Positions 1 through 12,900 of a stretch of 64,000 bases of DNA are shown piece by piece; positions within the stretch are counted from its first letter, which is position 1; the number at the start of each line of letters is the position of its first letter. The notes below the pieces were generated by a model that was not told the DNA's origin, made no database searches, and was given only the letters and a program-made list of their open reading frames with translations. This DNA comes from Paragordius varius (Eukaryota; Animalia; Nematomorpha): assembly GCA_964247055.1 (NCBI GenBank), contig OZ176055.1, positions 8,184,001 to 8,248,000 on the forward strand, in the 5' to 3' direction. The position numbers and the translations under genes were made by a program.

Positions 1-90
1 AATATACATATATATTTACTAAAGCAACGGTGTTTTTTAAAATTTTCATTGCACAATAATTGGATAATTTTATACGTATATGTTGATATA

Positions 91-741
91 TTATCCATAT
101 AGATCAAAATTCATGGGGGTAGGTTTATAAAATTTTCTTCGAAAGGAGGAACCGAAACGAAACCTTCGTTTTTGACCATCATTATTTTTTTCCATATTCG
201 CTGCATCATTCCCATAAAATAAGGAATTTGCAAAGAGTTTTGAGGTTTGCGGCCCTTCTATATTACGTTTCCTACCCGCTGGGCCCCAACTCACAGAACT
301 AAAAAGGTAGGGTGTAGCATCTATATTCAACTCTAAAACCGTATCTTTTCCCTTTCTTCCTAATTGGAAATTATCATTTAATACCAAATTTTTTCGTTTA
401 TTTCCATCGATAATTATCATTTTATCTTGGAGTGGAAATGATCTAACAACGGGTCTAAATAAATTTGTTGGATATATGTAAGCTGGCCCATTTTCAGACA
501 AATATTTTTTTATGGGTACATTGCTGCCTTCATTTTCTTCATTATTAAGGGTTTGACCCGGTAACCAACTTTTAGAATAAAAGACTCGTTTTAAACGCTC
601 ACCTCCGAACTCACCGAAGAAGGGTTCAGAATCTTCAGGATTTTTATAAGAATTTTGGTTAGAGATTTGCCATGCGGGAACATTCGATGCCAAAAATGAG
701 TGTGTTTGGAATAAAAGTATGAAGTATAATTGATGAATCAT
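91..741 (-). CDS. Neuropeptide prepropeptide, 216 aa, single coding exon
   Basis: Hydrophobic N-terminal signal (MIHQLYFILLFQTHSFLAS), several basic cleavage sites (KR, KK, KRK, RKR, KRR, RRK) and Gly-basic amidation signals (NLVLNDNFQL-G-RK; YLFSSVSWGPA-G-RKR). Confidence 0.75.
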   Translation of the reverse strand: MIHQLYFILLFQTHSFLASNVPAWQISNQNSYKNPEDSEPFFGEFGGERLKRVFYSKSWLPGQTLNNEENEGSNVPIKKYLSENGPAYIYPTNLFRPVVRSFPLQDKMIIIDGNKRKNLVLNDNFQLGRKGKDTVLELNIDATPYLFSSVSWGPAGRKRNIEGPQTSKLFANSLFYGNDAANMEKNNDGQKRRFRFGSSFRRKFYKPTPMNFDLYG

Positions 742-1894
742 AAATTGCTAATAGAGTAATATTTAAGGTGAAAGGAATAATCAGTTACAAAAAATGTACT
801 TTAAAAACGAAAATTATATTAAAGTAATTAATGTATGTTCGGAATAAAACCCTTGACTAAATATAAGAGTATTTTATGTAAATCTAAATAAGTGTATAGC
901 GAGGAAAAAGTATACTCTGAGTGACATATATGTGTAAATTATATAAAAATGGTGACATATTGAATATTAATGGGGGACGACCGAAGAAAATGATACGAAA
1001 TAAACACATTTTTTCCACTAATTTAATTATTTTTTATTGTCCAGTTTTAATTAACAACAACATTGTTTTACAAGTAATATATCTAAATATAAATGAGATT
1101 GATTGATTAAATTATTATTATTATTAAGTAATTAACCATACGTTTTGAGTTTCCTAATTATTCTACTTTTATATAAATTTACATGTTATTAAACATTGTT
1201 TTTGGCATTGGAATGCAAAAGATTATTTTTGTTGTGTGTGGGTTTCTTTTTGAAACTAAAATTAGATTTATGGATAAGCACACCGTTATTTATAACTTTA
1301 TGGTGAGAACAATAAAAACCAAAACAAATTTCTTGTGTTATTATTGATTAATTTTTGGCGGAATTAATTAATGCTGTTTTATTTGTAGGTAAAAAGTTGG
1401 TGTTAATGTTAACAAATTCTTTGATAAACTTTTTTGGTGTGTCGCAATCGAAAAGCGAAAAATTTACTAATTAATTGATAGCTTTGTTAAATGAACGAAA
1501 AAACGATCTCAAGGGATGAGATTTTAAAGTTAGTTAATGTAAACCAATTGTGGATTGAACATTTCAATTAGTTTTGTAACTTTATTTTATTTTTTAGAAG
1601 GCAACCCCGTCTTTGTAAAAGCACTCATTTTGGAATATAGTTATTATATTTTACTTATAATAGTAAATTAATTTTTAGAAACCTAATACCTACAATAGAT
1701 AATTTACATATATTTTAAATATATTTTCAAAATATCAAGATTAACTTCTATTTAATATATCATACCTAGACCGCTTTCAAGTTTTATGCACTGAGCCAAA
1801 TATCAGGGTTATTGCTTTTGGTTTTGGCTTTACGAGTGATTTAAAAAGTTATACACTTTTGTGATGAATGCTCCATATCAGAAAATAAAATATA

Positions 1895-2631
1895 AAATAA
1901 CTACATATAAAAAACAAAATAAAATTTTTTTAAAAAATTTAATTTTTAGATGTGATTAAATTTTTTCGCTCTTCTAAAATAGGCTGTTTCTTTTAATATA
2001 AACGCAAAAATGCTGAGACGCGATAAAATTATTAAATTATGCTAAATTTTAGTCCAATAAAAACGTTTTTTTGATAATGTATATTTTTTCAAAATTAGTA
2101 AAATTTCTTGAATCATACATCATACTATTTGAGAAACGGTGTAAAACGCTTTTATATTATAAAAACAATTTTTTATAGAATTCGATGATGCCGAACATTT
2201 CGCTTCAGAACTTTAATTTAAAGGTTCGTTTGCTTTAAAAGTTTGGTAAATATATGTAAAAATTCCAATTATGTTTGACATTTGAAGACGAACAAATATT
2301 TTAAACAAAATTTAGAATGTTAATATTATCATATTATATGGAAAAGGTGTTATTATTTCTTAAAGCTTACATCCATCAGGCCTTAAAATCATATGAAGTC
2401 GCTTCAACAAATTTTTTCTAAAAAATAATTTATTGAAAAAAGTGTGAATTGTTATAAAAATATTTTTGGTTGATATCATTTATAATATATAAAAAAAAAT
2501 TATGGCGCGATCTCAGCATTTTTGCGTTAATTTTAAAAAATTAGCTTGTTTTAGAAATGCGAAAAAAATTGGGACTTTCGGGGTCCCTTCTAAAAATAAA
2601 TTTTTAAAAATATTGTTTTTTAATATTTTTA
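1895..2631. mobile_element. Degenerate foldback/MITE-like element with long inverted arms
   Basis: 1951-2020 is an imperfect reverse complement of 2499-2570 (core aacgcaaaaatgctgaga). The internal motif ttcgatgatgc(c/t)ga recurs near 36281 and, inverted, near 63915. Confidence 0.5.
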
Positions 2632-4678
2632 CTAGCTGGCCCTGTCACACTTGGCTGTGAATAGTCTCACACCGATATTCTTAATAATTTAATTTGCAAT
2701 TAATTGAGGTAATGGATATAAAAAAATAATAAAAAACATATTTAATAAAAAGAATGTCTTTGATTATTCTTTCAGGGATTTGGCATAGGCTCAAATATTG
2801 TTTACTCTAAATTGACCATATTTTAACTGTCCCTTATTAAAGTTAATATTCAACTATCATTGTATTTATTTTAACATTTTTGTTTTACTAAATCATGGTT
2901 AAAAGTTTTATTTTAAAATTGTGTTCACGCAGCTGCCAAGGGATATAAAAAGTAAATCATATGTCCCTTTAAAGGAAAGAATGATATATACAAATTCCTC
3001 AGAAATGTGTTTAGCTGAACTCGTATGGCTTCTTAAGTTTTTGAAAATTAGCTCCAAAATCACGCCATTTTTGTATGGCGTCTCAGTTTTGAACTAGACC
3101 CCTGGCCATGGACCTATATGGAAAAAGCGCTGAGTCAAGTTCTTTGCCTTTATAGGGCAAATATTTGGAATCATTTTTAATACCATCGTCTCATGGGTTA
3201 TGGAAAAAACACCTTAACACTAAATAATCGTAATATGATGGCGTATTTTTAGGGCATAAATGCCCCAAATTAACGGCTAATAAAAAAACGCATGACCTTA
3301 ATTGGCTAATATTTCAAGCTTTTAATGAGCTCAAATGGCTTCATAAATTTTTTGTAAATTAGCTCCAAACAACGCAACTATATAGTGGCGCAGTTCTTGG
3401 GGGTAGCTCGGCAGGTATAAAAAAGCTTTGGGCAAATGCCTTTACATGGGGAATATCTGGATTATTATGGATTCCATATGTTCCTGTTAGTCTCATAAAT
3501 TTTCTAAAATTTGCCTCCAAAGTCACGCTGTATCGATATGGTGGCGCAGTTGTTGGCGGGTATCCCCCTGCCAAGAGGTTAAAATAAAAAAGCGTTCGAT
3601 AAAAATTTCTGCCTTTATAGGAAAATACATGGAATCATCAATCATTCCATATGATCTTTATAGTTTTTGGAAGAAGGCTTCAAAACTAAATAATAGTTCA
3701 ATGATAAGAGCATTTTTTAGGGCGCTTAATTAACAGCTATTTTAAAAACCGTTCGACTTAAATTTTGGCCTTTTTATGGGTAATATTTGAGGCCCTTATT
3801 GAACTGATGTGGCCTGATAAATTTTATTAAAATTAACTCCTAAACAACCCAATTTCGATATGGTGCGCAGTTTTAGGCGGGTAGGTCCCTACCCAGAGGC
3901 TGATACAAAAAAGCGCTTGATTAAAATTTTTGCCTCTTTACGGAGAATACTTGGAATCATGATTAATTCTATATGCTCTCATTAGTTTTTGGAAAAATTG
4001 CCTCAAAACTGAAAAATCATTCCATGGTGAAGCATTTTTAGGACATGAAGAGCCTAATTAACGGAAAATTTTTAAAAACCGCATGACCTAAATTTTCGCC
4101 TTGTTTCGGTTAATATTTTAAGCACCTATTGAACTCATAAGGCTTGACCGATTTTCTGAAATTTAGCTTCAAAGGCACGCTATTTCGATATGACGGGGGC
4201 AGTTTTTTGCGGGTATCTCCTTACCCAGCAGCCAATATAAAAAAACGACGACTAAAATCTTTGCCTTTCAACAGGGAATATCTAAAATCTTCATTGAATT
4301 TTTACGGTCTCACACCCTGGGCGATATTAGCTTCAAAAAATTATTTTTGTGGACTTAATTTTTTGAAAAAAGTGTCATTTTATGGGGGAAGCGGGTAAAA
4401 AGAGCCAAATTAAAGCAAGCCGACTATGTTCGGCACAATCGAAAATAAGTAATTCCGGAATGTCTCAAAGACACGAGTTTTGTGGACTTGTGTTTTCAAA
4501 AAAAACCGTTTTTTACACGGGTAGGCCCGAACTGTGGGTGGGGGCCTAATTCAAAAAAAGGGCGAAGCTATTGTCGGGGCATTCATTGATTATATTTTTA
4601 CCACATTTGGATAATGGGTCTACCGATTTTCCGGAAACAGATCACAAAGCCAGCATTTTTCATTTTTATAAATATAGA
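2632..4678 (-). mobile_element. Non-autonomous Helitron (about 2.05 kb)
   Basis: On the minus strand: A|TCTATATTTATAAAAATG at 4678, a tcaca-gccaag-tgtga hairpin, then CTAG|T at 2632. This is an A|T insertion site with no TSD. No Rep/helicase ORF. Confidence 0.7.
3040..4340. repeat. Degenerate tandem repeat inside the Helitron (units of about 310-330 bp plus one of about 150 bp)
   Basis: A recurrent anchor (t/a)agctccaaa..cacgc occurs near 3049, 3360, 3511, 3834 and 4163. Units also share the motifs gcgcagtt and aaaaagcg..ttgccttt. Confidence 0.7.
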
Positions 4679-6974
4679 TTACCAACCTTTATTCCTTTGT
4701 TTAAAATAAAAATAAGTTAGCTCCATAAGAATCCCAATTTTACACCCTGTTTTTATGAAAATCAAAGTTGTATAATTTGTAATAAATTATATTTAGAAAC
4801 AGTAATCACGATATTACACACTTCGCATCGATTTTACCTAATAATTGTTGTGTTCAATCCATTCATTAGATGTGAAATATACCAGATCCATTTCCCGAAA
4901 ATCCATGTCATTTTGTAAAAAGTTAATTAAAAATATGCGCCATTAATTTGTTTCGTATTAAGTTTGTTAATATAATTATGTTTTTTTTCGGATTAATTAG
5001 GTAAATATATAGAACATTGGAGTCTTTTAAGCCAAATTTAGTTGTTAACTACAGTGTTTTATGTGTATATGGATAATACAAATAAAATATATGGTATGAA
5101 TGTAATGAGAGGTTATATGGAATGAACGATTATGACTTTTTTAAATTTATATTTGCGCACTTAAAGTAGTTTTATATTCCGTTGAATCCGCACTCAAAAA
5201 AAATTTGGTATAAAAAAGTTAAAACACCGTTTAAATTAAACTATACAATAATATTTTATAATAAGCCATCAGATGACTTACCAAAAATTTCGTTCAATCT
5301 TAAATATGTAAAAGAACATGAACGTATATTAAATTTATACGGTTAAATATTTTTATCCAATTCATCTTTTTGGCTGAACTTACGATAGTGTAACTAAATT
5401 ACATTTCAAGTTTTTATAAAACAATGAATGCCCTTTTACAATTGCAATGCTTTAAATCTTTCTTTCACTTAATTTTTGCAACTATAAAGAGATTGAGTTA
5501 TAACTTGCATTGAAAATACTGATTTTTGACAATTTTACGGTAAGATGTTACCTTACATGCGCTAATTTAAATGTAAAGATTATATAATTTTAAGCTGTAT
5601 AGGAGATGTGTAGCGTAAAGTTGGGTGCGGTCTGCTTTAGTTGAAGAGTATGCTCCGATAGAACAGTTATTCATGTGAAATAATGTAGCTAGAGATTGGT
5701 ATTTAACTAATCCAAAAAAATAAGCTGACCCCTTAAAAACGCAGTCATAATGGGTCAGAAAAAGCCTGTTACGTAAGTGTATAAAAATTTTAAACGGAAT
5801 ATATTACTACTAATTGATGGCAGTTATATAATAAATTAATAATAATGTTATAATTATAAATACTAATCTTAGACTATAATTTGATTATTATATTACGTAT
5901 TAACATTGATTGATTATTTTAAATGGCTGGTTTTAAGGCTTGCCACAGTCACAATGCATAAACAATTGGAGTCCAAATACCAGGACTATTCATAAATTTT
6001 TATCGTTTTTTAGTAAAAAAATGTTATTTTGAAAGGAAATTAGTTTTTATTTTATTAAAAATATACATATTTTGACCATTTCAAATGCCGTGCCAGAACA
6101 AATTCCACTTCTTGAAATTATCGAAGTGCTGATCCGCAAAGGTGTGGACCCATTGATGCAAAGTTGTATTAGTCAAATGGCGTCAGGTCAGGATAGTTCA
6201 TCGGATACGGAAAGATCTCTCATAGAAGCGATTTTTAGTTTCTATACTGTGTGAGACGTAGTATTGTCATGAAACAATTTCACTTGGTTGTTTTCGAAAA
6301 ATTACAAGATAAGATATGCTGTATGTATATTGCCCAAGAAATTTAATGGAAAAAACGGAAGACCTTGTTCTCAAAACTATTAATAGCATTTTAAAGATAT
6401 CAAATGAGATTTTAATACAATTATACATAACCTGAAAAAAATAATGGAATTTTTTATTTGTGTGTAGGATTAAATATTTCATTTTAGCTATTAACATAAA
6501 TATTGCAATATTTCAGGGTTGTGCCTGAAAATTTAGCGGAGTTTAATCAAAAGGCTTAAATATTATATTGGGCAGTCATTGAATTTAAAAATTTTATATT
6601 TTTTACATTTAATCAGAAAACCAAAATTAGGCAAGAATACTTATATATACATATACATCTCTTTTCATTTTGCGAGTAAAAAATTTTATGTTAAAATATC
6701 CGATATATAAAATATTTTTGTAGCAATGACATCGAAGAAGGTGAATACATTAGTTACACAAACTTAAATATTTATTATGAAACAAATATGAGTAAATTAT
6801 ATTGCGTAACAAAATTATTTACAAAATAACTATAACTAATACATAAATAGCGATACTTATTTTCATATAAAAGATTTTGTTTCAGCTACCTATATAAATA
6901 TACCCAAATTATATAAATGCGATTATATGCATTAATGTAATTTTTTGGAATATTTGTCATATAAATGCGATTAA

Positions 6975-9900
6975 TCATGAATTGTAAGTTCTTATCCCAT
7001 TCAAGACATTCGCTATAACTGAAACACGGTTATATGGTTGCTTTTGAACCGATTGAATTACAGTAGATGTAGAATGCCCAGTAAAAGGATTATCCACCAC
7101 AGAAACGAGATCAATGATTGGTATAGAATGCTTATTATGTATGCCGTTTTGGTTTATTTGAGTAGGGCTATGTATAAATGTATGGTTTAACCCTGTATCT
7201 TTATAATCATCAACGGCATGATTATTAACTTTAACTGAAGATTTGTCATTGGGTTGACTATGGCCCGAAGTTTGATTGGAAACAAAAAAATCTGAGATCA
7301 TGGAATTTATGGGATAAAATGTTTTGAAATCTACATTTTTGTTTGCCGTCTTTTTGTCTTGAACATCATGACGTATTATTGTGGAATGTTTTATATTTGC
7401 CGCATTGACATTGTTAGGTTGATTCTTAGGTATAGAATTCGGTATAATAATTGGTGAGTTACCCAACTAGTATTAAAATATTACGATTATGTTAAAAAAT
7501 TCAAAATTAGTAAGATTTATTGATTACTTCTGATGTTGGGGGGTAAGAAGTTTTATCTGAAATTACGCTATGATTGGGAGGGTGGTTATTGGCTTTATCA
7601 TTTGAAGCATTTTTCTTAGGTATATTGGTTTTTTTAATTTTATTTTTGGTTCCAATTTCCATATCATGCTTTTCGGAGTCATCATTGGGCATTTTGGGAT
7701 GGGCTACATCACCTTTACGGGCTGAAAATGGAATAATTATTAGACTAAAGTAAATATTAAATTTAATGCCTTTGATTGATTGAAATAAATGTCCTCACAA
7801 GCATAATCAATTTAAAAAGCCTAAGTTTTGTATTATAACCAAATTGGAAAGTTTCTTTTTAAATAAAAACATATTTGTATTATATTCTTCAAAAAAAATC
7901 ATTTACAAATGTGCCAAACACATTCTAGTGACATTTAAAAACCGCCTAATAATGGTTAATAAAAAAAGTTCCAACATCAAAATTCCATAAAAAATAATTT
8001 CAATTCATTATAGCGGTAATCATAACCAAGTCATTTTTTTGAATACCCCCCGCAAAATTAGCATTTTCGCAAAACAAAATTATTTCTTTGTAAAAAACCC
8101 TAACACCCCACATAAAGAATCGTGATAAAACAATCCTAATATATGCTCTAGGAATATGCAATTCATAGTAGGACCACCATTTTAAAAATCATAAACAATC
8201 GTTTGTGCCAAGTCATACGTAGCGACGTGTGAAAAAGGGTTGCTAAACTCCTTATATAAATTCAGCATAATTAAACAATCCTTTATCCTAGTTATCTATG
8301 TACTATTTACTATATAATATTGATTTTCGGACAATATTTTAAACAGAAATATATTAAATTAACCTGCTTTTTTCTTAATCTTTGTTGGTTCTTTAACTTG
8401 GCTGCTTAAATCTATGCTCCCGGGGTCTCCGCGTCGCATTTTTCTAACGTACAAAGATATAACATTAATCAAATTATTGAGTTAGAAAAAAAATCTATTT
8501 TACTTATTCAATTTGGGCTCTTTGTAATTTGGGACATTAACTAAGCGTTTTCTCGTTAAAACTTCTTTATGAAGTGATGCGTCTTGATTTGCGTTCGATG
8601 CCTTTTTATATGCTAAATGAAATATTTTTACAGTATATAATATAATGAGTGTGGTTACCAAATGACGTTAAAAAAATAAAAGTGTAATAATATATTCATA
8701 AAATATCTAATAGCTAAATATTAAAACTGATAATTATTCCCAAAAAAGAAAGCTTAAAAATGCATATAAAACTCATTAATAAAAGAAAAACTGCCAGAGA
8801 CTAAATAAATTAGTAATAAAGAAAACAAGAAAATTATGCTATTAAAATACTTTTTTTCTCGTCCATTAAAGTTGATTCCCTTTTTATCTTTTTGATTGTG
8901 TGAGCATTCGAAGAAGCGATTGTTTGCCCATCCAATAATAAGATACTATTTTTCACTTGTTTAGACTCATTTTTATCGTTTGACTTTGGACTTTTAAGTA
9001 TTTTTGGGGTGTGATTTTGATTTAAATATTTGGGTTTTAATATTCCTGGCGTTTTTGTAGAACCAACAACCTCTTTACTATGTTTCGATGGGATTTTATG
9101 AGCAGCTATACTGTTTATAATTTGTTCAATTCTTACTTGTTTTTGGTGTTGATTCGAGTTATTATCCATCATAGAAGTAGTTTCAGGTTTAATCCGTGGA
9201 TGTTCAATAATGAATGTCATTTGATTTAAATTTTCCATTTCAGACGTATGTGGTGTCTGTTGTTTTTCATTTTTACAAACGACAAATGATGTATTATTAA
9301 CATTCGGGTTCCAATGATTAATATTAGATTGATTTATAAGCTCAGCGGGTAAAAGGTTTGAAATGTGAAGGAAATTAGAATATTTTTGAGGTGTTATATC
9401 TGATGACGAGGTTATGGCCATTATACGATTGTTACTGTTTTATAAGGAAAAATTATAAATAACTATGATTTTTAGTATATTTAAAAAATTGACAAAACCC
9501 AAAGATAATTAGAGACTCTTAAATTTTAAAATTTAATACGGTTATATATATATATATATATATATACCATTTACAACTCAAATTCACTCTTGAACAATTC
9601 AAATTCACCCTCGAACAATTCAAATTCCATCTTGAACAATTCAAATTCACCCTAAAAAAATTATGTGTTTTCGGGCTAATATAACTCATCATTAATATAA
9701 AATATATTCTTATGGCATAGTTTATTATTATTTCAGTATTATATTAATTTTATACGTAATTTTATTTTTTTTTATATAAAAAAATATAGGTAAATTTTAA
9801 TCTTAAAAACACATAATTTCTTTTAGGGTGAATTTGAATTGTTCAAGGGTAAATTTGAATAGTTTAAGGGTGAATTTGAACTGTAAATGGTATATATATA

Positions 9901-12900
9901 ACTTAGAATTAATTCTACAACTGGTTCCTTAGAGATTTTTTATAAACTTATTATCTCAAAGCTTTAAATATTGCTACCCATTCAAAAATTATTTTACCTG
10001 TTAACTAAAGTTTGGGTGTGATTAATATTGAGTGTTTTGTTTTGGAAACTATTGGAAGAGTTAATTTGTAGTTGTTGTTTGTTAGAAATTCTTTCTGGCG
10101 TTGTGGATTGTGAAATCTTTTTCAAATTTTTAGCAGAATCAGGAGATGAAAGAACAATGCCTTTAACTTTACGACGTTTTATGGTTTTTTGTTCGGATTC
10201 TACAGAGTTTGGTGTATCTAATATCCTTGTTGTCGTTTTACTAAATAAAACATATACATCTGAATATGAGTATACAAAGCAATTTAAAATTGTCATAAAA
10301 AACGGAATAATATACAAAACAATCCCGCACCCCTGAGCTATATAAAATTTATTCACATTATTGTTGGCGGCCAATCGAAAACACAGTAGCGTATGGGAAA
10401 AACAACAAAATGTTGAAATCAATCAACTTTTTCCTTTTATTTATTTAATTATGTCCAAATTTGTTATATAGCATACGCTATTGTATTAACTATTGCCCAA
10501 CAATAATGTGAATAGTCCAACATAAATGTGCACATTGCCAGGTTGTTATTTTTTAAATATGAAAATAATAAGCTATGCGTAAAACAAAATATTCAGTCAA
10601 TAAAATTAGATAAAATGGTCATAAAAATTGCAGTGTATGTATTGGAATATACAAAAAATGTTTAAGAATATATTAAAATTACGTTGATTTTATATATGAT
10701 AACAATAATTACGACGATTGATTGATTAAATGTTAACAAATAACCGAATTAAAGTAACGAAATTCAATGTAAATTTCAATTTTTCTCTGATATAACTTAT
10801 CAAATCATATTAAATCAAAAACCGAGTTTACTAATGAATAATATTATTCAGTGGTGCTTAATGAATTATAGTTAAATTAAAATATCTAAAGAATGTCAGC
10901 ATTATTCACTAAAAACCAAATTATCGACTCAAATATGCAAAATGTAAACAAATAACTATAAAAATTACCTCTTTTCTATCGCATTTGCTATTAATGTTCT
11001 CTTTGATTCCCGTTTGGATTGTGGTTCTTCGGGCGTCAAAATTTTATTTTTCAAATTTGGCCTCCCGATTCGTTTTCTGGAAAATGATGTTTTGTTAACG
11101 GCCAATTTGTCAGGATTGTCGTTAGAAACATAGGTATTATTACTGTTTAAATTTGCATTACTATTATTTTTAGTGATGTTTTGTTCAGCTTTGCTTATTG
11201 GGGAATAAACATCCCTTAAAATGTGTTCCTGATCGTTCGCAGATATTTCCACAATATTTAATGGTGAAACCGTGGGTAACTTTGGGTTTAAATTAAACGC
11301 TGATGTAGAAATGGGTAGATTATTTAAGGGGCCATCAGAATTATTTTCGCTAATAGGATATGTGTTTGGAAGTGTTTGCGTTTCATTCAGGTCAACAAGA
11401 GTCTTTTTACCATTATCGATAAACTTTTTGATTTGAATGCCAGGCTGTTTGAAAAGTTCTGATCTGCGACTTCGTATTGCTTTTCCCTTTATCTCGTGAT
11501 ATGAAGCGTGGGTTGCATTTATATTTGAAGCATATTGAATTGTGTTAAGCGTGTTAACGTGAAGTGGAGTAGTTTTATCCATCGTATAATCTATAATTAA
11601 GTTACCATCGGCGATTTGATTGTCCAAAAATAACGCGGGCGACGCATTTAAATTTGTATTGATATTACAAGAAGTGGCTAATTCGGAGTGCAGTGTATTA
11701 GCTGTTAAAGTCTCAGCGTGTTGTTGAGTAGTTGTAGATTTTATACTATCCTTTGGTAAAAACACATCCCCTTTTTTGGTGATTTTTGGTATTAGAGCAA
11801 GGCTATCATTTGAGTTTATAGACGTGGGCGGACCTGTTTTTGTCGCTCCACCGATTGGTTGTGGTTCATGGCGTTTTCCTCTCCGATTAATCACATTTTT
11901 GGCATTCATTGCCGTTTTCAAGGGTGGGAGAATTGAGATATTTTCATCGTTTTTATTGGGTAGGGAGGGTGGAACATCAGTAAATGCATTTATTGAGGTA
12001 ATTACGCAACTTTGAGGTATAATACAATTATTATTATTAGGTAATGTAGTGATGACATTTTCCGATTCTGAGTTATTTTGGAGTGGTGGTAGATTGGTAT
12101 TTTGAACGTCAAAACCCAAACTTAAAGGTAAAATCACAGGCGCAGAAGATTCAAAAAATGAGTACCGTTTTTTAAGATTTTGTTGTCGCAAAATGGCAAA
12201 AGGATCCATCGCTGATGTCGTAGTAATCGGAAGCATATTATTGTAAATATAATTACTTTGAAAGCTAGTAGGGTTTGTTGCAGGATTTATAAAATTATTG
12301 GTTGCTAGTTGGGATTCGGAGCAAAGTGTGCCTATAGCCAAGGTGGGAATGTTTTCAAAATGTACCGTTTGTTTTGCTGGTAATGAAACATTGTTGTTAC
12401 TAACATATGGTAGGGGTGCTGCCAGATTTGTAAAGGAATGATTATTACACATGTAATATTTATTATGCGATGTATTTTGGTCCCCATCAGTTGGTAATTG
12501 ATAAATAGATGGCCGATTTAAAAGATCACAATCGCCGATATCTTGGCAAAAACTTAACTTTTTGTAAAATTCTTCAATTTCTCGGTCAATCGTGGCAAGA
12601 CGAGCATTTAATTCATTGATAGAAAATGTGTATTGATTTTTGAAATTGTTTACGCTTCGTGTAACAAGCGCAAATTGTTCTTTAATCTATTAATTAAATA
12701 AAAGAGTATTTTGAAAATTTTTGTTGATAAATTTGTAAATACCATTTATTAATATAGTATACAGGAATGTCCAACAAAAATGTCTGTGTGGGTCGCATTT
12801 TTAGTTTATGAAAACTCGCCCAACCGCATTTGATATATATATGGGCACTATCAAATATTTTATTGACGGTTTGTAAATGATGAATATCAATAGGATATAG

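Noticed and set aside
3359-4398. ORFs 3359-3574 and 4144-4398
   Set aside because: They lie inside the tandem repeat of the Helitron and are chance open frames.
9567-9655. Regular 21-bp repeats resembling a CRISPR array
   Set aside because: There are no unique spacers, the repeats are mirrored at the other end of a TA-flanked MITE, and the context is eukaryotic.
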